Assembly (NCBI GenBank): GCA_040876925.1
Contig: JBBDOS010000005.1
Location: forward strand, 40,815 to 104,814
DNA length: 64,000 nucleotides
DNA from: Candidatus Saccharimonadales bacterium
GTDB lineage: Bacteria; Patescibacteriota; Saccharimonadia; QS-5-54-17
Direction: 5' to 3'
Shown: one piece after another, positions 7,896-17,513 of the stretch
Layout: the number at the start of each line of letters is the position of its first letter
How positions within the stretch are numbered: the first letter of the stretch is position 1
Notes under the pieces: model-generated
What the model was told of the DNA's origin: nothing
The model's input: only the letters and a program-made list of their open reading frames with translations
Databases searched by the model: none
Program-made: the position numbers and the translations under genes

Positions 7896-10028
7896 TTCTG
7901 ATTCGCTACCTATATTAAACCCAAACCCAAACACCGAACCCTTGCCTTCTTCTGAGGAGAAGATTATCTCCCCACCCTGTATCTCTATAACCTGCTTGGC
8001 CATATATAGCCCTAGGCCAGTGCCATCTGGTCTAACTGTCTTAGCGTTCTCGGCCCTAAAGAATTTCTTAAACAGCTCTTTTTGAGCTGCTTGTGATACA
8101 CCAATACCGTTATCCTCTACCCTAAACTCAACTGCATTATCTTGACTTTCAATATATACATCTACCTTACCTTCTGGAGCATAGTAGATAGCGTTATCAG
8201 TAAAGTTCATGACTACCTGGCGAATTTTAGTTTCATCTAATACTAATTTAGGAATCTTCTCTTTTGGTTTATGTAGAGTTAACTTAACATTCCTGGCCTC
8301 AGCTTGGCGATGTAGCTGATTAACCTCTTCCTCGACTAGCTCAACCATATCAATTTCTTCTTTATCGATAGTTAACTTACCAGTACTAATACGAGAAACA
8401 TTGAGCATATCCGCTATTAGATGAACCATCCTTTTGGAGCTAACAAAAGCTAAGTCTATGAACTCGGACTGCTTTTTAGACAACTTACCGGCATCACCTT
8501 CTAGGAGCATGGACAGATAGCCTTTGACAGTAGTTAATGGTGTGCGCAATTGATGAGAGGCCATCGAGATAAACTCATCCTTAGCCTCATCAAGCTTAAC
8601 TAAGCGCTGATTGGTTTCCCGTAATTTAGCTGTAGCGTCCTCTACTTCTTTCTTCAAAGTTTCCGAGAAGGCTTGTATCTCCTGATAGCTCTTAGCGTTC
8701 TCTATAGCTACTGCTAGCTCTTGGGAGAGTATTTCTAGTAAGTTAATGTCTTGTTTAGTATAGATAGTGCCAGAACGCTTAGTACCAAGTAAGAGATACC
8801 CCACTAACCCTTCATTAGTAGCCAGTTTAACGGCTACATAAGTATTCATATCATTTAGGGTGCTCTCAACTTCCTTGCCACTAACTTCGTCTAGTATAGT
8901 TATTTTATCTTCTAACTTCTCTAGATCAGTAATATCAACCTTTATCTCTTCGCTACTACCGATATGGGTCGCCTTATATATCCCATCATTGCCAAGTACA
9001 ATTAGACGACCAAACTCTACTTTGAGCGTATCGACAATAATATCTAAGCTATCATCTAGTAAATCAAAGCTATTGCTTTTAGCTACAAACACTTTACCTA
9101 GACGGTTTAATACATCCTCTGAATCATAGCTGTCCTGATAAAAAAGTCTATTAGTTAGTTTATCGAAAAACCGTTTCAGTGGCTGGAAGGTAAAGACTAA
9201 GAATACTGCAGAAATAGTATAGAAGGCTTGTTGCAAAGTCGAGGTGCCGGTATCTGGGAAGAACTGGTCGACAAAACCAAAGACAAAGTAGCCATACACC
9301 AAGCCAAGAGTTAGTATGACTAGAGCATAAGCTAAGGAGCGAGCAACGACTAGTCTAATATCAAAGAGTCGATGGCGCACTATTACATAAGCCATAGTAG
9401 CTACAAACAGTATTACGGTAGGCGCACCAAATAATATAGTGTATTGAGTCATGTCTAAAGCTACAAACACAAAATTTGAAAATAGGTTAAGCAGTACGGT
9501 CACTACACTTCCCCATATAATAAGTTTAATTTGGGCGGATGCTCTTAAGGAATGTTTGCGTTTGCGAAACAGAATAATAAAAGAAGATATGAAATATATG
9601 GCAAAGTACAGACCGAGCAATACGTACAAAGCACCAAATTCATCAATCTGAGCCCCTAACCCCTCATAATGAACACTTCTAATCATTTGGGGGCTAAAGG
9701 ATGATAAAGACAGCGCTATTGCTGGTATGGCAAGTAATGCATATTTTAACTTGCTTATCTGAGAGCTGAAAGGAAATATTAGGCTAAAATACAAATAGAA
9801 AAGAGGTATTAAGGAAGCGAATAATATTGCTACCCTAATAGCCAATAAACTATTGGCTATATTACTAGCAGTATCTGCAAACAGTAGACTAGTAGACCAC
9901 CCAAGTATCAATACGACTGTTATAGCAAACAGTCTGTTGTGAGCTACTTTGGGGTTTTGTAGGTAGACAAAAAAAGCCAGCCCCGCAAGTGTTAATATTA
10001 CTGGTATGTATATTAGGAAGTTTATCAA
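7854..10028 (-). CDS. Sensor histidine kinase with a large N-terminal polytopic membrane domain, a central GAF-like region, and HisKA and HATPase_c domains
   Basis: About 330 aa of multi-TM N-terminus. H-box SHQLRTPLTTVKGYLSML. G-box DNGIGV...GTGLGLYMAKQVIEIQGG. Confidence 0.85.
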   Translation of the reverse strand: MINFLIYIPVILTLAGLAFFVYLQNPKVAHNRLFAITVVLILGWSTSLLFADTASNIANSLLAIRVAILFASLIPLFYLYFSLIFPFSSQISKLKYALLAIPAIALSLSSFSPQMIRSVHYEGLGAQIDEFGALYVLLGLYFAIYFISSFIILFRKRKHSLRASAQIKLIIWGSVVTVLLNLFSNFVFVALDMTQYTILFGAPTVILFVATMAYVIVRHRLFDIRLVVARSLAYALVILTLGLVYGYFVFGFVDQFFPDTGTSTLQQAFYTISAVFLVFTFQPLKRFFDKLTNRLFYQDSYDSEDVLNRLGKVFVAKSNSFDLLDDSLDIIVDTLKVEFGRLIVLGNDGIYKATHIGSSEEIKVDITDLEKLEDKITILDEVSGKEVESTLNDMNTYVAVKLATNEGLVGYLLLGTKRSGTIYTKQDINLLEILSQELAVAIENAKSYQEIQAFSETLKKEVEDATAKLRETNQRLVKLDEAKDEFISMASHQLRTPLTTVKGYLSMLLEGDAGKLSKKQSEFIDLAFVSSKRMVHLIADMLNVSRISTGKLTIDKEEIDMVELVEEEVNQLHRQAEARNVKLTLHKPKEKIPKLVLDETKIRQVVMNFTDNAIYYAPEGKVDVYIESQDNAVEFRVEDNGIGVSQAAQKELFKKFFRAENAKTVRPDGTGLGLYMAKQVIEIQGGEIIFSSEEGKGSVFGFGFNIGSESESKDQHQDKEDNSA

Positions 10029-10125
10029 TTATTTAATATAAGCTCATTAAACTACTATATGTAGTAAGTCTATCATAAGCACAGTTTTATCATTATAGAC
10101 AACAACATTTTACTGTATATACAGC

Positions 10126-10731
10126 CTAGAACTCCATCTTGCCTGCATAGTAATGTTGAGAGCCTTGGTGCTCAAGCTCAACACTGCCAACCCCACTATT
10201 ATTTATAGCTCCGGCTACTAATTTTGGCAGAAACTGATTATTGCCTTCACTACAATCAAAAGAAACAACTGTATCTTGGCTATCTCTATCTTTCCAATAC
10301 TTAACCATGTATTTAATTAACTCAGAAGCATAACTACGTTCATAATTACCCTTCTTTGTTAATATTGCCATGAAATAAAGAAAATTATCATTAGCGAAAG
10401 CCTCTGGATATTTAGCCTCATAATATTCCTGGCTGATCCATGGAAAGACTCTCAAGTCAGTGCCAAAAAGACACATAGACACAATTTCCCCCTCTTTTCT
10501 GTAAACAAACTTAAGTACTGTGTCATCTTGCATAGCTTCTGTAAACTCTTCGTAATTGAAGCTTTGCCTGCAAGGATTATTCAAATTTAGCTCCCTAAAT
10601 CTCTCATCATATGCACTCCACCACTCATCTATCTCATAAGGGATAAGAATGGGTTCTAGACCAACGGTTTCTCCAGGCTTTACTTCTTCCTCTAGTCGTT
10701 CTATTGCTGGTAGTATTGGTTTTTCTTCCAT
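10126..10731 (-). CDS. Hypothetical cytoplasmic protein (201 aa)
   Basis: ORF track. No confident family recognition. Confidence 0.4.
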   Translation of the reverse strand: MEEKPILPAIERLEEEVKPGETVGLEPILIPYEIDEWWSAYDERFRELNLNNPCRQSFNYEEFTEAMQDDTVLKFVYRKEGEIVSMCLFGTDLRVFPWISQEYYEAKYPEAFANDNFLYFMAILTKKGNYERSYASELIKYMVKYWKDRDSQDTVVSFDCSEGNNQFLPKLVAGAINNSGVGSVELEHQGSQHYYAGKMEF

Positions 10732-10803
10732 AATTATCTCTCCTTATACGTTAATAAAGTTGCGCGGGTGCATGCTATAGGTATGTTAGAAGCATGCACC
10801 CGC

Positions 10804-11256
10804 TTAGAGGATTAGTCCTGCAATCCCTGCATACTGACCAACGAAGCCAATCGCAAAGATGGTTGAGCTAGCAGCTGCTAGCTTATGCAGGCTATCTCCT
10901 CTGCCAGAATACCGTATTGCAAAGGTGGTTAGTATTCCGCCCGCAAGCCAAGAGGAAAGTACAAAACCTATTACACCCCCTAGGCTTAAGGTCTTTTTAA
11001 GCACCCAGCCATGTGGCCTGTTTTGCTGTTCATCTAACCATAGAGCTAATCTTGACTTTTGGCTCTTGTCCCTCTCATAAATACGCACCAACTTGATAGC
11101 AACAATATAGCTACCTGTTCCGTATAGTAAGAAGAACAATCCAAAAGTAGTTAATGGTCCAATTATTGCAGCCGAAGCTACTATCGGAGCCGCCAACAAT
11201 ACGTCATCCCAAATGTAGACAATAACTATACTGATCACTGCTATGAGTTTACGCAT
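10804..11256 (-). CDS. Hypothetical integral membrane protein (150 aa, about 4 TM)
   Basis: ORF track, hydrophobic segments. Confidence 0.45.
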   Translation of the reverse strand: MRKLIAVISIVIVYIWDDVLLAAPIVASAAIIGPLTTFGLFFLLYGTGSYIVAIKLVRIYERDKSQKSRLALWLDEQQNRPHGWVLKKTLSLGGVIGFVLSSWLAGGILTTFAIRYSGRGDSLHKLAAASSTIFAIGFVGQYAGIAGLIL

Positions 11257-11331
11257 AGTCTACCTCTCTTTGTGCTTGACAGTGTGTCACTAATTATAGT
11301 TATACAATATTAAACAACCGACAGTCAAGTA

Positions 11332-11835
11332 CTAACTCTTTGCTGCAGTGTCGTCCCAGCCGCTAGTCTGATATGCAGCTATAACCAAAGCGGAAACTGG
11401 ATGATCTTCACAAGCTATGCCGCAAATCTCTGTTTTAATGGAGCCAAAATCACAATCTTTTCGATACTTCATCATAGACTCTAGGCTATCATTAATACTA
11501 TCTTTTACTGAATTCTTGCTAAATCCTTCATGTTCTACAAATAAACCTTTGCCCGTATTCTTGTCTTGAACCCAACCCATGCCAGCCCAAGCTTCAGTAT
11601 TTGGAGTAATTGTGCGCAGTTCAGCCATAACAACATAGAGCCTATCCCCCCATCCCCCTGACAAATCTTTAGTTTTAATCTTTCCCTTATTAACAACTAC
11701 TTTAGCGCCTGGCGGGATCACTGAACTAAGACGTATTAGATTGTAGTTATCTAAACCGACCTTATTCAGAGCTTTATCAAAGGCGGCTAGTCCAGTGCTA
11801 GCCTTAGCTGTTGCTGATGCTACGAGAATTTTCAT
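11332..11835 (-). CDS. Pyruvoyl-dependent arginine decarboxylase (PvlArgDC/PdaD)-like protein
   Basis: 167 aa, typical size for the family. NLIRLSSVIPPGA resembles the PdaD self-cleavage site (Ser-Ser, generating the pyruvoyl group). Confidence 0.5.
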   Translation of the reverse strand: MKILVASATAKASTGLAAFDKALNKVGLDNYNLIRLSSVIPPGAKVVVNKGKIKTKDLSGGWGDRLYVVMAELRTITPNTEAWAGMGWVQDKNTGKGLFVEHEGFSKNSVKDSINDSLESMMKYRKDCDFGSIKTEICGIACEDHPVSALVIAAYQTSGWDDTAAKS

Positions 11836-11913
11836 ATTGGCTTTATGTTTGTTTTTACTTTATTATTAATACTGTTACATTATAACAAATAGTAACCTTA
11901 AACAAGTAGTATT

Positions 11914-12288
11914 ATGGCTAAAGCAAAAATAGCTCTCATAGAAGACGACCTAGCAATAGTCCAGATGTATCGGATGAAATTCGAAGCCGAGGGGTTTGAT
12001 GTTGCTTATGCCAGTGACGGACAACAGGGATTAGAAGTTGTTAAAGAATTTAAACCAGATTTAGTACTGCTTGATTTAATGATGCCGATTATGGGTGGAG
12101 CTGAGATGCTAGAGATTATGAGAAAAGAAGATTGGGGCAAGAATATTAAGGTTATCATCCTAACTAATATGGGTGAATCAGAAGCTCCTGCCAATCTCAA
12201 AGATTTAGGTGTAGACTCCTTTATAGTTAAGGCCGATTTAACCCCTAAGCAAGTAGCCGAGAGAGTTACTCAAGCACTTGAATCCTAA
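11914..12288 (+). CDS. Single-domain response regulator (receiver only, CheY-like)
   Basis: IALIEDD, DLVLLDLMMP, KVIILT, K at the conserved position. 124 aa, no output domain. Confidence 0.85.
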   Translation: MAKAKIALIEDDLAIVQMYRMKFEAEGFDVAYASDGQQGLEVVKEFKPDLVLLDLMMPIMGGAEMLEIMRKEDWGKNIKVIILTNMGESEAPANLKDLGVDSFIVKADLTPKQVAERVTQALES

Positions 12289-13090
12289 AAGCTTCAATTA
12301 CATTAGCAAATAAAGCCGTTACTGTTAATGGCCCTACTCCACCAGGAACTGGGGAAATCTTAATGTCTTCCCTGTTATGGGCTTTCTTTTCTACGTCTCC
12401 TATTAAAGAACCGTTATCATCAGCTGTGCCAGCATCTATAAGTACTTGATTTACTTTTACTAATTCGTTGGTGATTAGTCCTGGTTGACCAGTTGCCGTT
12501 ATAACGATATCTGATTGCTCCATTAACTCTTCCAGATTATTACTATCCTCGTCACAAACCATTGGCTGATAGCCTGATTGAGTCAGTATCTTAGTTAGTG
12601 GCTTACCAACTAGCCTACCCTGACCAACAATACCTATTCTCTTGCCTTCTAAATTAATATCATATCCAGCTAGTAACCAAAGTATGGCCGTGGGTGTAGC
12701 CGGATCAAAAATAGAACTAGAGCCTAAACCATCTACGTCTTTTCTAGGGTCGATATTATCTAAAATATTGTTTATATCGTTTGTTTTAATATCTTCTGGT
12801 AGTGGTAGCTGAACTATAATGCCATGACTATCTGTATTGCTATTAAGATCTGAAATTATATCAACTAAATCATCTGTATCTACCTGGTGATGATTAATCA
12901 CCACCCCTATATCTTCTCCGTATTGCTGTTTTAGCTCTACGTACTTATTACTTACTACTTCTGTATTGACGCTGATGATGTCTAGCTGGGGGGTTTTACC
13001 ACTATAGCTGAAACTACGCACCATCTGCGCTTGCTGCGCCTTAATATATCCGGCTAACTCTGATCCCTTTAATAACATGGTTAATATCAT
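12266..13090 (-). CDS. folD: Bifunctional methylenetetrahydrofolate dehydrogenase/cyclohydrolase
   Basis: IIVQLPLPEDI, GIVGQGRLVGKPL, PVPGGVGPLTVTALF. Confidence 0.88.
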   Translation of the reverse strand: MILTMLLKGSELAGYIKAQQAQMVRSFSYSGKTPQLDIISVNTEVVSNKYVELKQQYGEDIGVVINHHQVDTDDLVDIISDLNSNTDSHGIIVQLPLPEDIKTNDINNILDNIDPRKDVDGLGSSSIFDPATPTAILWLLAGYDINLEGKRIGIVGQGRLVGKPLTKILTQSGYQPMVCDEDSNNLEELMEQSDIVITATGQPGLITNELVKVNQVLIDAGTADDNGSLIGDVEKKAHNREDIKISPVPGGVGPLTVTALFANVIEAFRIQVLE

Positions 13091-13130
13091 ACCATCTGCA
13101 GAGACTATGGGCTCTTTGAAGTAATTTGCT

Positions 13131-13207
13131 TGGAGGGCCTGGTGGGATTCGAACCCACGACACGCGGCTTAAGAGGCCGCTGCTCTAACCAACTGAGCTA
13201 CAGGCCC
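13131..13207 (-). tRNA. tRNA-Lys (anticodon CUU)
   Basis: Reverse complement GGGCCTGTAGCTCAGTTGGTTAGAGCAGCGGCCTCTTAAGCCGCGTGTCGTGGGTTCGAATCCCACCAGGCCCTCCA. Anticodon loop CTCTTAA. Confidence 0.85.
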
Positions 13208-13253
13208 ATGAACTCTTAAGGTCATGAACTAAGATATTGTACCAGATTTACTC

Positions 13254-13330
13254 TGGCGCCCCGGGTAGGATTCGAACCTACGACACCTGGTTCCGAAGAC
13301 CAGTGCTCTAATCCACTGAGCTACCGGGGC
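13254..13330 (-). tRNA. tRNA-Arg (anticodon UCG)
   Basis: Reverse complement GCCCCGGTAGCTCAGTGGATTAGAGCACTGGTCTTCGGAACCAGGTGTCGTAGGTTCGAATCCTACCCGGGGCGCCA. Anticodon loop CTTCGGA. Confidence 0.82.
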
Positions 13331-13418
13331 GTATTTAGATATACGCCAAGCATTATAACAGATAGGAAGTACTATCTTTAGTTATATCACTACTCTCTGG
13401 GACTAGTTATTTGCTACA

Positions 13419-14723
13419 ATGATTGATATGCAAACATTGAAAATTACTGGCGGGCAACCATTAAACGGTGAAGTAAGTGTTAGCGGTGCTAAAAATGCTG
13501 CCACTAAAATGATGGTAGCGACACTACTAACTAATGAGCCAGTGGTGCTGTATAACATTCCTAAAATCGGTGATGTAGATATAACTAAAGATATTATCGA
13601 AGCTGTTGGAGCCAAAGTCGAGCAAGACAATCATACTCTACGTATCCATGCTGAAGAGGTTAATAACACTAGTGTTAAACACTTGTCCCGTAAAAACCGT
13701 ATATCGATACTAACTCTTAGTCCTTTGCTCCATCGCTGCGGTAGCGCTGAAGTACCTATAGTAGATGGCGATAAGATAGGACCTAGACCGGTCGACTACC
13801 ATATTAAAGCTCTGCAGCAGATGGGCGCAGAGATAACCTATAATGATAGTGGTTACCACGCCAAAGCCGATAAACTCGTAGGGGCTACTGTTAAACTAGA
13901 TTATCCTAGCGTTGGAGCTACTGAGAATATCCTACTAGCTGCGGTACTGGCGGAGGGTAGAACCAGTATCTACAATGCAGCAACTGAGCCAGAGATATTA
14001 GATCTAATTAAGCTCTTGCAACAAATGGGCGCAATTATAGAGTTCAGGGCTAATAGAGTAATTATTGTTGATGGCGTAGAAAGATTGCACGGAGCTTCGT
14101 ATCACGTCATGCCAGATAGGCTAGAAGCTGCCTCTTATGCAGCCGCAGCTATAGCTACAGGCGGTAAGATTACCATTAAAAATGCTGTTCAGGACCATTT
14201 GAGTACGTTTTTAAATACCGTTAGACGTATTGGTGGTGACTACCGCATAGATGATGATGGTATTACTTTCAAACGCAGTAGCGAAGGCTTATACGGTACA
14301 GAACTAGAAACCGATACTTGGCCTGGATTTTCTACCGACTGGCAGCAACCATTAGTGGTAGTATTAACTCAAGCTAAAGGGCTATCGGTTATACATGAGA
14401 CAGTTTATGAAGATCGTTTTGGATACAGCCAAAGTTTAAACGATATGGGCGCTAATATCGCCATATTCACCAAGTGCTTAGGTGAAATAGACTGTCGCTT
14501 CAAGGGCGAATCACATAAACATAGCGCTATTATTCAAGGACCTACTAAATTAAAACCAGCTAAAATAGATATACCCGATATTAGGGCTGGTATGGCTCAT
14601 GTTGTAGCTGCATTAGTAGCAGATGGCACATCTACCCTAACAGGTGTAGAGCATTTACTTAGAGGTTATGATCAGTTCTTGGATAAATTAGAATCTATCG
14701 GTGCTAATTTCAAAGTTGATTAG
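13419..14723 (+). CDS. murA: UDP-N-acetylglucosamine 1-carboxyvinyltransferase
   Basis: LKITGGQPLNGEVSVSGAKNAA N-terminus, 434 aa, MurA/EPSP-synthase fold motifs. Confidence 0.9.
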   Translation: MIDMQTLKITGGQPLNGEVSVSGAKNAATKMMVATLLTNEPVVLYNIPKIGDVDITKDIIEAVGAKVEQDNHTLRIHAEEVNNTSVKHLSRKNRISILTLSPLLHRCGSAEVPIVDGDKIGPRPVDYHIKALQQMGAEITYNDSGYHAKADKLVGATVKLDYPSVGATENILLAAVLAEGRTSIYNAATEPEILDLIKLLQQMGAIIEFRANRVIIVDGVERLHGASYHVMPDRLEAASYAAAAIATGGKITIKNAVQDHLSTFLNTVRRIGGDYRIDDDGITFKRSSEGLYGTELETDTWPGFSTDWQQPLVVVLTQAKGLSVIHETVYEDRFGYSQSLNDMGANIAIFTKCLGEIDCRFKGESHKHSAIIQGPTKLKPAKIDIPDIRAGMAHVVAALVADGTSTLTGVEHLLRGYDQFLDKLESIGANFKVD

Positions 14724-14754
14724 TCTAAATAGACTATTATTTTGAATTTATAAG

Positions 14755-15114
14755 CTAGTCTTCGAAAGTTAGTTGACTAGGCTCTGATGGCTTATCATCA
14801 CCAGCATCTGTTGTTTTTTGCTCTCTAGGATCTGGAACAGATCTACCCTCTGGTAGTGGATTACCGTCTGGGCCTATAACCGAATTTCCTAATGGTTTAT
14901 CCTTTTGATCTTTATCTAGCATTCTGCGCCAAGCTGCCTTGTTTTCAGCCTGTACTTCTTCTGGAGTTAAGGGTCGTGAGTATGGCCCATCCTCTACTGA
15001 ATCCACTGCAAAACCACCTAGAGATGCTTCTGTTACGCCAGTTTGTTCAGCTCGACGGGCTAGTTTAGCTGCTTCTCGTTCTTGTTCGTGGGATGATTGT
15101 GATCGTTCTGACAT
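14755..15114 (-). CDS. Hypothetical acidic/disordered protein (119 aa), somewhat GC-richer than neighbours
   Basis: ORF track only. Confidence 0.35.
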   Translation of the reverse strand: MSERSQSSHEQEREAAKLARRAEQTGVTEASLGGFAVDSVEDGPYSRPLTPEEVQAENKAAWRRMLDKDQKDKPLGNSVIGPDGNPLPEGRSVPDPREQKTTDAGDDKPSEPSQLTFED

Positions 15115-15175
15115 ATATCATACTATAGCATAATACTTATGCTTTTGCAAGATAGACTACCGATTAAAATCTCGT

Positions 15176-15496
15176 CTAGGTGATGTCTCTTGGCTCGTTA
15201 TTGTTTGAAGTTAGGAGGTCTGATAGCCATATAACTACCATTCCAATAACAGCATAGACCAACATAGCGAAAAGTGTAGAAAACTCTATTTCAAAACCAG
15301 GTTGAACTGCTCGTACTGGAAAGATACTGCGAAATGGTTCTAGTAGCTGATCGGTTACCCCATATAGCCAAGTGACAAATTCACTAGCTGTGTTGGCGTT
15401 AAACAGTCTTAATATAAAGCGTAGCCCTAGGAAAACCTCTACTATGCCTACGAAAAAGTTTGTAAGGCTTTCTACTAATCTAGTGTTTAAATTCAT
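15176..15496 (-). CDS. YggT-family membrane protein (cell-division associated)
   Basis: RFILRLFNAN..FV..LYGVTDQLLEPFR motif and two TM helices; 106 aa. Confidence 0.6.
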   Translation of the reverse strand: MNLNTRLVESLTNFFVGIVEVFLGLRFILRLFNANTASEFVTWLYGVTDQLLEPFRSIFPVRAVQPGFEIEFSTLFAMLVYAVIGMVVIWLSDLLTSNNNEPRDIT

Positions 15497-15605
15497 AAAC
15501 TAACCTCCTAGTTTTACTTATACTCTAATTTTAACACCTACATCAAGCCATAATCAAACAACCCCTGGAATAATCCAGGGGTTGTTTGGGTTGTATCTTA
15601 TTATA

Positions 15606-15680
15606 TGGGGTGCCTGAAGGGAATTGAACCCTCGTCACCGCCGCCACAAGGCGGAGCTTTACCATTAAGCTACAGGCACC
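15606..15680 (-). tRNA. tRNA-His (anticodon GUG) with genome-encoded G-1
   Basis: Reverse complement G-GTGCCTGTAGCTTAATGGTAAAGCTCCGCCTTGTGGCGGCGGTGACGAGGGTTCAATTCCCTTCAGGCACCCCA. Anticodon loop TTGTGGC. The extra 5' G pairs with discriminator C73. Confidence 0.85.
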
Positions 15681-16162
15681 ATAAATCCCTCTGACTCATT
15701 ATTATAGTTATGTACTAGAAAATGGCAATTGTGACATAGCCATATCAGGTTTGATATCTTGTTATTGTCCCTGTTTCTATCTTTGTGGTGCACCGCTAAC
15801 ACCCTACTATCCACACACTCGCACCTTAAACACTCCCTGGGAGTATTGGTTCTAGTTAGAATATTTCTATACGAGGCTTTGCCGCCACTCCAATTAAAGT
15901 GATTCTTTCCGGAATATATAGCCTTGTTCCTCCATAGAGTTTGGCAAGATTTGCTGCAAAAAAAGTTACCGCTTTTAGACCTATTCTGGTCCTTGATACT
16001 TCTATACACAGTTTTATTGCACATATAACAAGTAACGTCTTTACCGGTCCTCTGAGCTCTATATTGACAATTCTTTGAGCAGTACTTACCCCAACCTTTT
16101 TTTATATGGCTTGGCTTAGCATAAAACATTTTATTACAAAACAAATATCCGGTTTTGGGCAT
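15665..16162 (-). CDS. HNH endonuclease with an N-terminal Cys-rich zinc-finger-like region, embedded between tRNA genes
   Basis: HHKDRNRDNNKISNLIWLCHNCH HNH motif. Multiple CxxC pairs. The 3' end overlaps the tRNA-His 5' region by 16 nt. Confidence 0.75.
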   Translation of the reverse strand: MPKTGYLFCNKMFYAKPSHIKKGWGKYCSKNCQYRAQRTGKDVTCYMCNKTVYRSIKDQNRSKSGNFFCSKSCQTLWRNKAIYSGKNHFNWSGGKASYRNILTRTNTPRECLRCECVDSRVLAVHHKDRNRDNNKISNLIWLCHNCHFLVHNYNNESEGFMVPVA

Positions 16163-16194
16163 ATTTAGGCTTCACTTTCTATCATAGTTAACAT

Positions 16195-16271
16195 TGGCAC
16201 CCCGGGCAGGATTCGAACCTGCGACCTGCGGATTAGAAGACCGCTGCTCTATCCAACTGAGCTACCGGGGC
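16195..16271 (-). tRNA. tRNA-Arg (anticodon UCU)
   Basis: Reverse complement GCCCCGGTAGCTCAGTTGGATAGAGCAGCGGTCTTCTAATCCGCAGGTCGCAGGTTCGAATCCTGCCCGGGGTGCCA. Strongly resembles argU-type tRNA. Confidence 0.82.
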
Positions 16272-16306
16272 ATATATAATTTATTGTTTTAGTTTTTGAT
16301 GCTATT

Positions 16307-16381
16307 TGGTGCGGGTGGAGGGAGTCGAACCCTCGTCTTCAGCTTGGAAGGCTGACATAATAGCCATTATACGACACCCGC
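16307..16381 (-). tRNA. tRNA-Gly (anticodon UCC)
   Basis: Reverse complement GCGGGTGTCGTATAATGGCTATTATGTCAGCCTTCCAAGCTGAAGACGAGGGTTCGACTCCCTCCACCCGCACCA. Anticodon loop CTTCCAA. Confidence 0.82.
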
Positions 16382-16470
16382 ATACTGAGGCCATCCATAT
16401 TATAACAGATATAATTTGGATAAAATGTTACAATTACCTCGTAGTTAAGATTAATTAGAAGGAGATATTT

Positions 16471-16929
16471 ATGCAACTTCACTCTCCAGTATTTAACCAC
16501 GGAGAAAGAATGGATAGTCGGTTTACCTGCCAAGGTGATAATATCAGTCCACCTCTAGAGATAGTAGATGTTCCTGAAAAAGCTCAAAGCCTAGTGTTGA
16601 TATGCGATGACCCAGATGCTGCTACCGACCCAAACGGCCCTGGAGATATATTTGATCACTGGGTGCTATTTAATATATCCCCAAAAATTAATAGTATCGC
16701 CGAAAACTCTACCCCCCCATCAGCTACTCAAGGTATTAATAGTAAACATGAATTAGGCTGGGTAGGACCTTGTCCACCTACTGGCGAGCATCGCTACTTC
16801 TTCAGACTCTATGCTCTTGATAGCAAATTAGATTTAGAAGAAGGAGCCGATAAAGAAGAAGTAGAGTCTGCCTTAGCAGGACATGTTTTAGTCCATACTG
16901 AACTAGTAGGTACTTACGAAAAAAATTAA
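16471..16929 (+). CDS. YbhB/YbcL-family phosphatidylethanolamine-binding (PEBP/Raf-kinase-inhibitor-like) protein
   Basis: CDDPDA, HWVLFNI, GPCPPTGEHRYFFRLYALD motifs. GGAG ribosome-binding site upstream. Confidence 0.8.
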   Translation: MQLHSPVFNHGERMDSRFTCQGDNISPPLEIVDVPEKAQSLVLICDDPDAATDPNGPGDIFDHWVLFNISPKINSIAENSTPPSATQGINSKHELGWVGPCPPTGEHRYFFRLYALDSKLDLEEGADKEEVESALAGHVLVHTELVGTYEKN

Positions 16930-17021
16930 ATAAAAGAAAAGGAAACTATTTACCTATTTGACTTATGTTTTCTTAGCTATAGAATAATCACTTAAGGAAT
17001 ATAATAAGGAGGAACTATATA

Positions 17022-17438
17022 ATGGATACTAAAGATTACGGACCAAAACCATACGTAGTAGATATAGAAGAGCTAACTACTTCTAATAATAAATTCAGGG
17101 TAGCTAAATGGACTGGATCTAATATGCAGATGACTGTTATGTCTATACCTGCTGATGGAGAAGTTGGATTAGAAGTACATAATGACCATGATCAATTCTT
17201 ACGTATAGAATCAGGAGAAGCTAAAGTCGTTATGGGACCCAGTGAAGACAATCTAGATCAAGAATGGGATGTTCAAGACGACTTTGCTATATTCGTACCA
17301 GCCGGTACTTGGCACAATATTATCAACTCTGGTGATGACGACTTAAAACTCTACTCTATATATGCTCCACCTGAGCATGCTCACAGTACTATGCATGAGA
17401 CTTTTGAAGAAGCAGAAGCTGACGAGCACCATCAATAG
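17022..17438 (+). CDS. Cupin-domain protein
   Basis: GEVGLEVHNDHDQFLRIESGEA ... VPAGTWHNIINSGDDDLKLY (two cupin motifs). AAGGAGG ribosome-binding site upstream. Confidence 0.7.
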   Translation: MDTKDYGPKPYVVDIEELTTSNNKFRVAKWTGSNMQMTVMSIPADGEVGLEVHNDHDQFLRIESGEAKVVMGPSEDNLDQEWDVQDDFAIFVPAGTWHNIINSGDDDLKLYSIYAPPEHAHSTMHETFEEAEADEHHQ

Positions 17439-17513
17439 TAGTCTATTGACTGAACTATACCATCCATGTCATCATTAATATCAACGATAAGCAATATGGA
17501 TATACAATAAATT

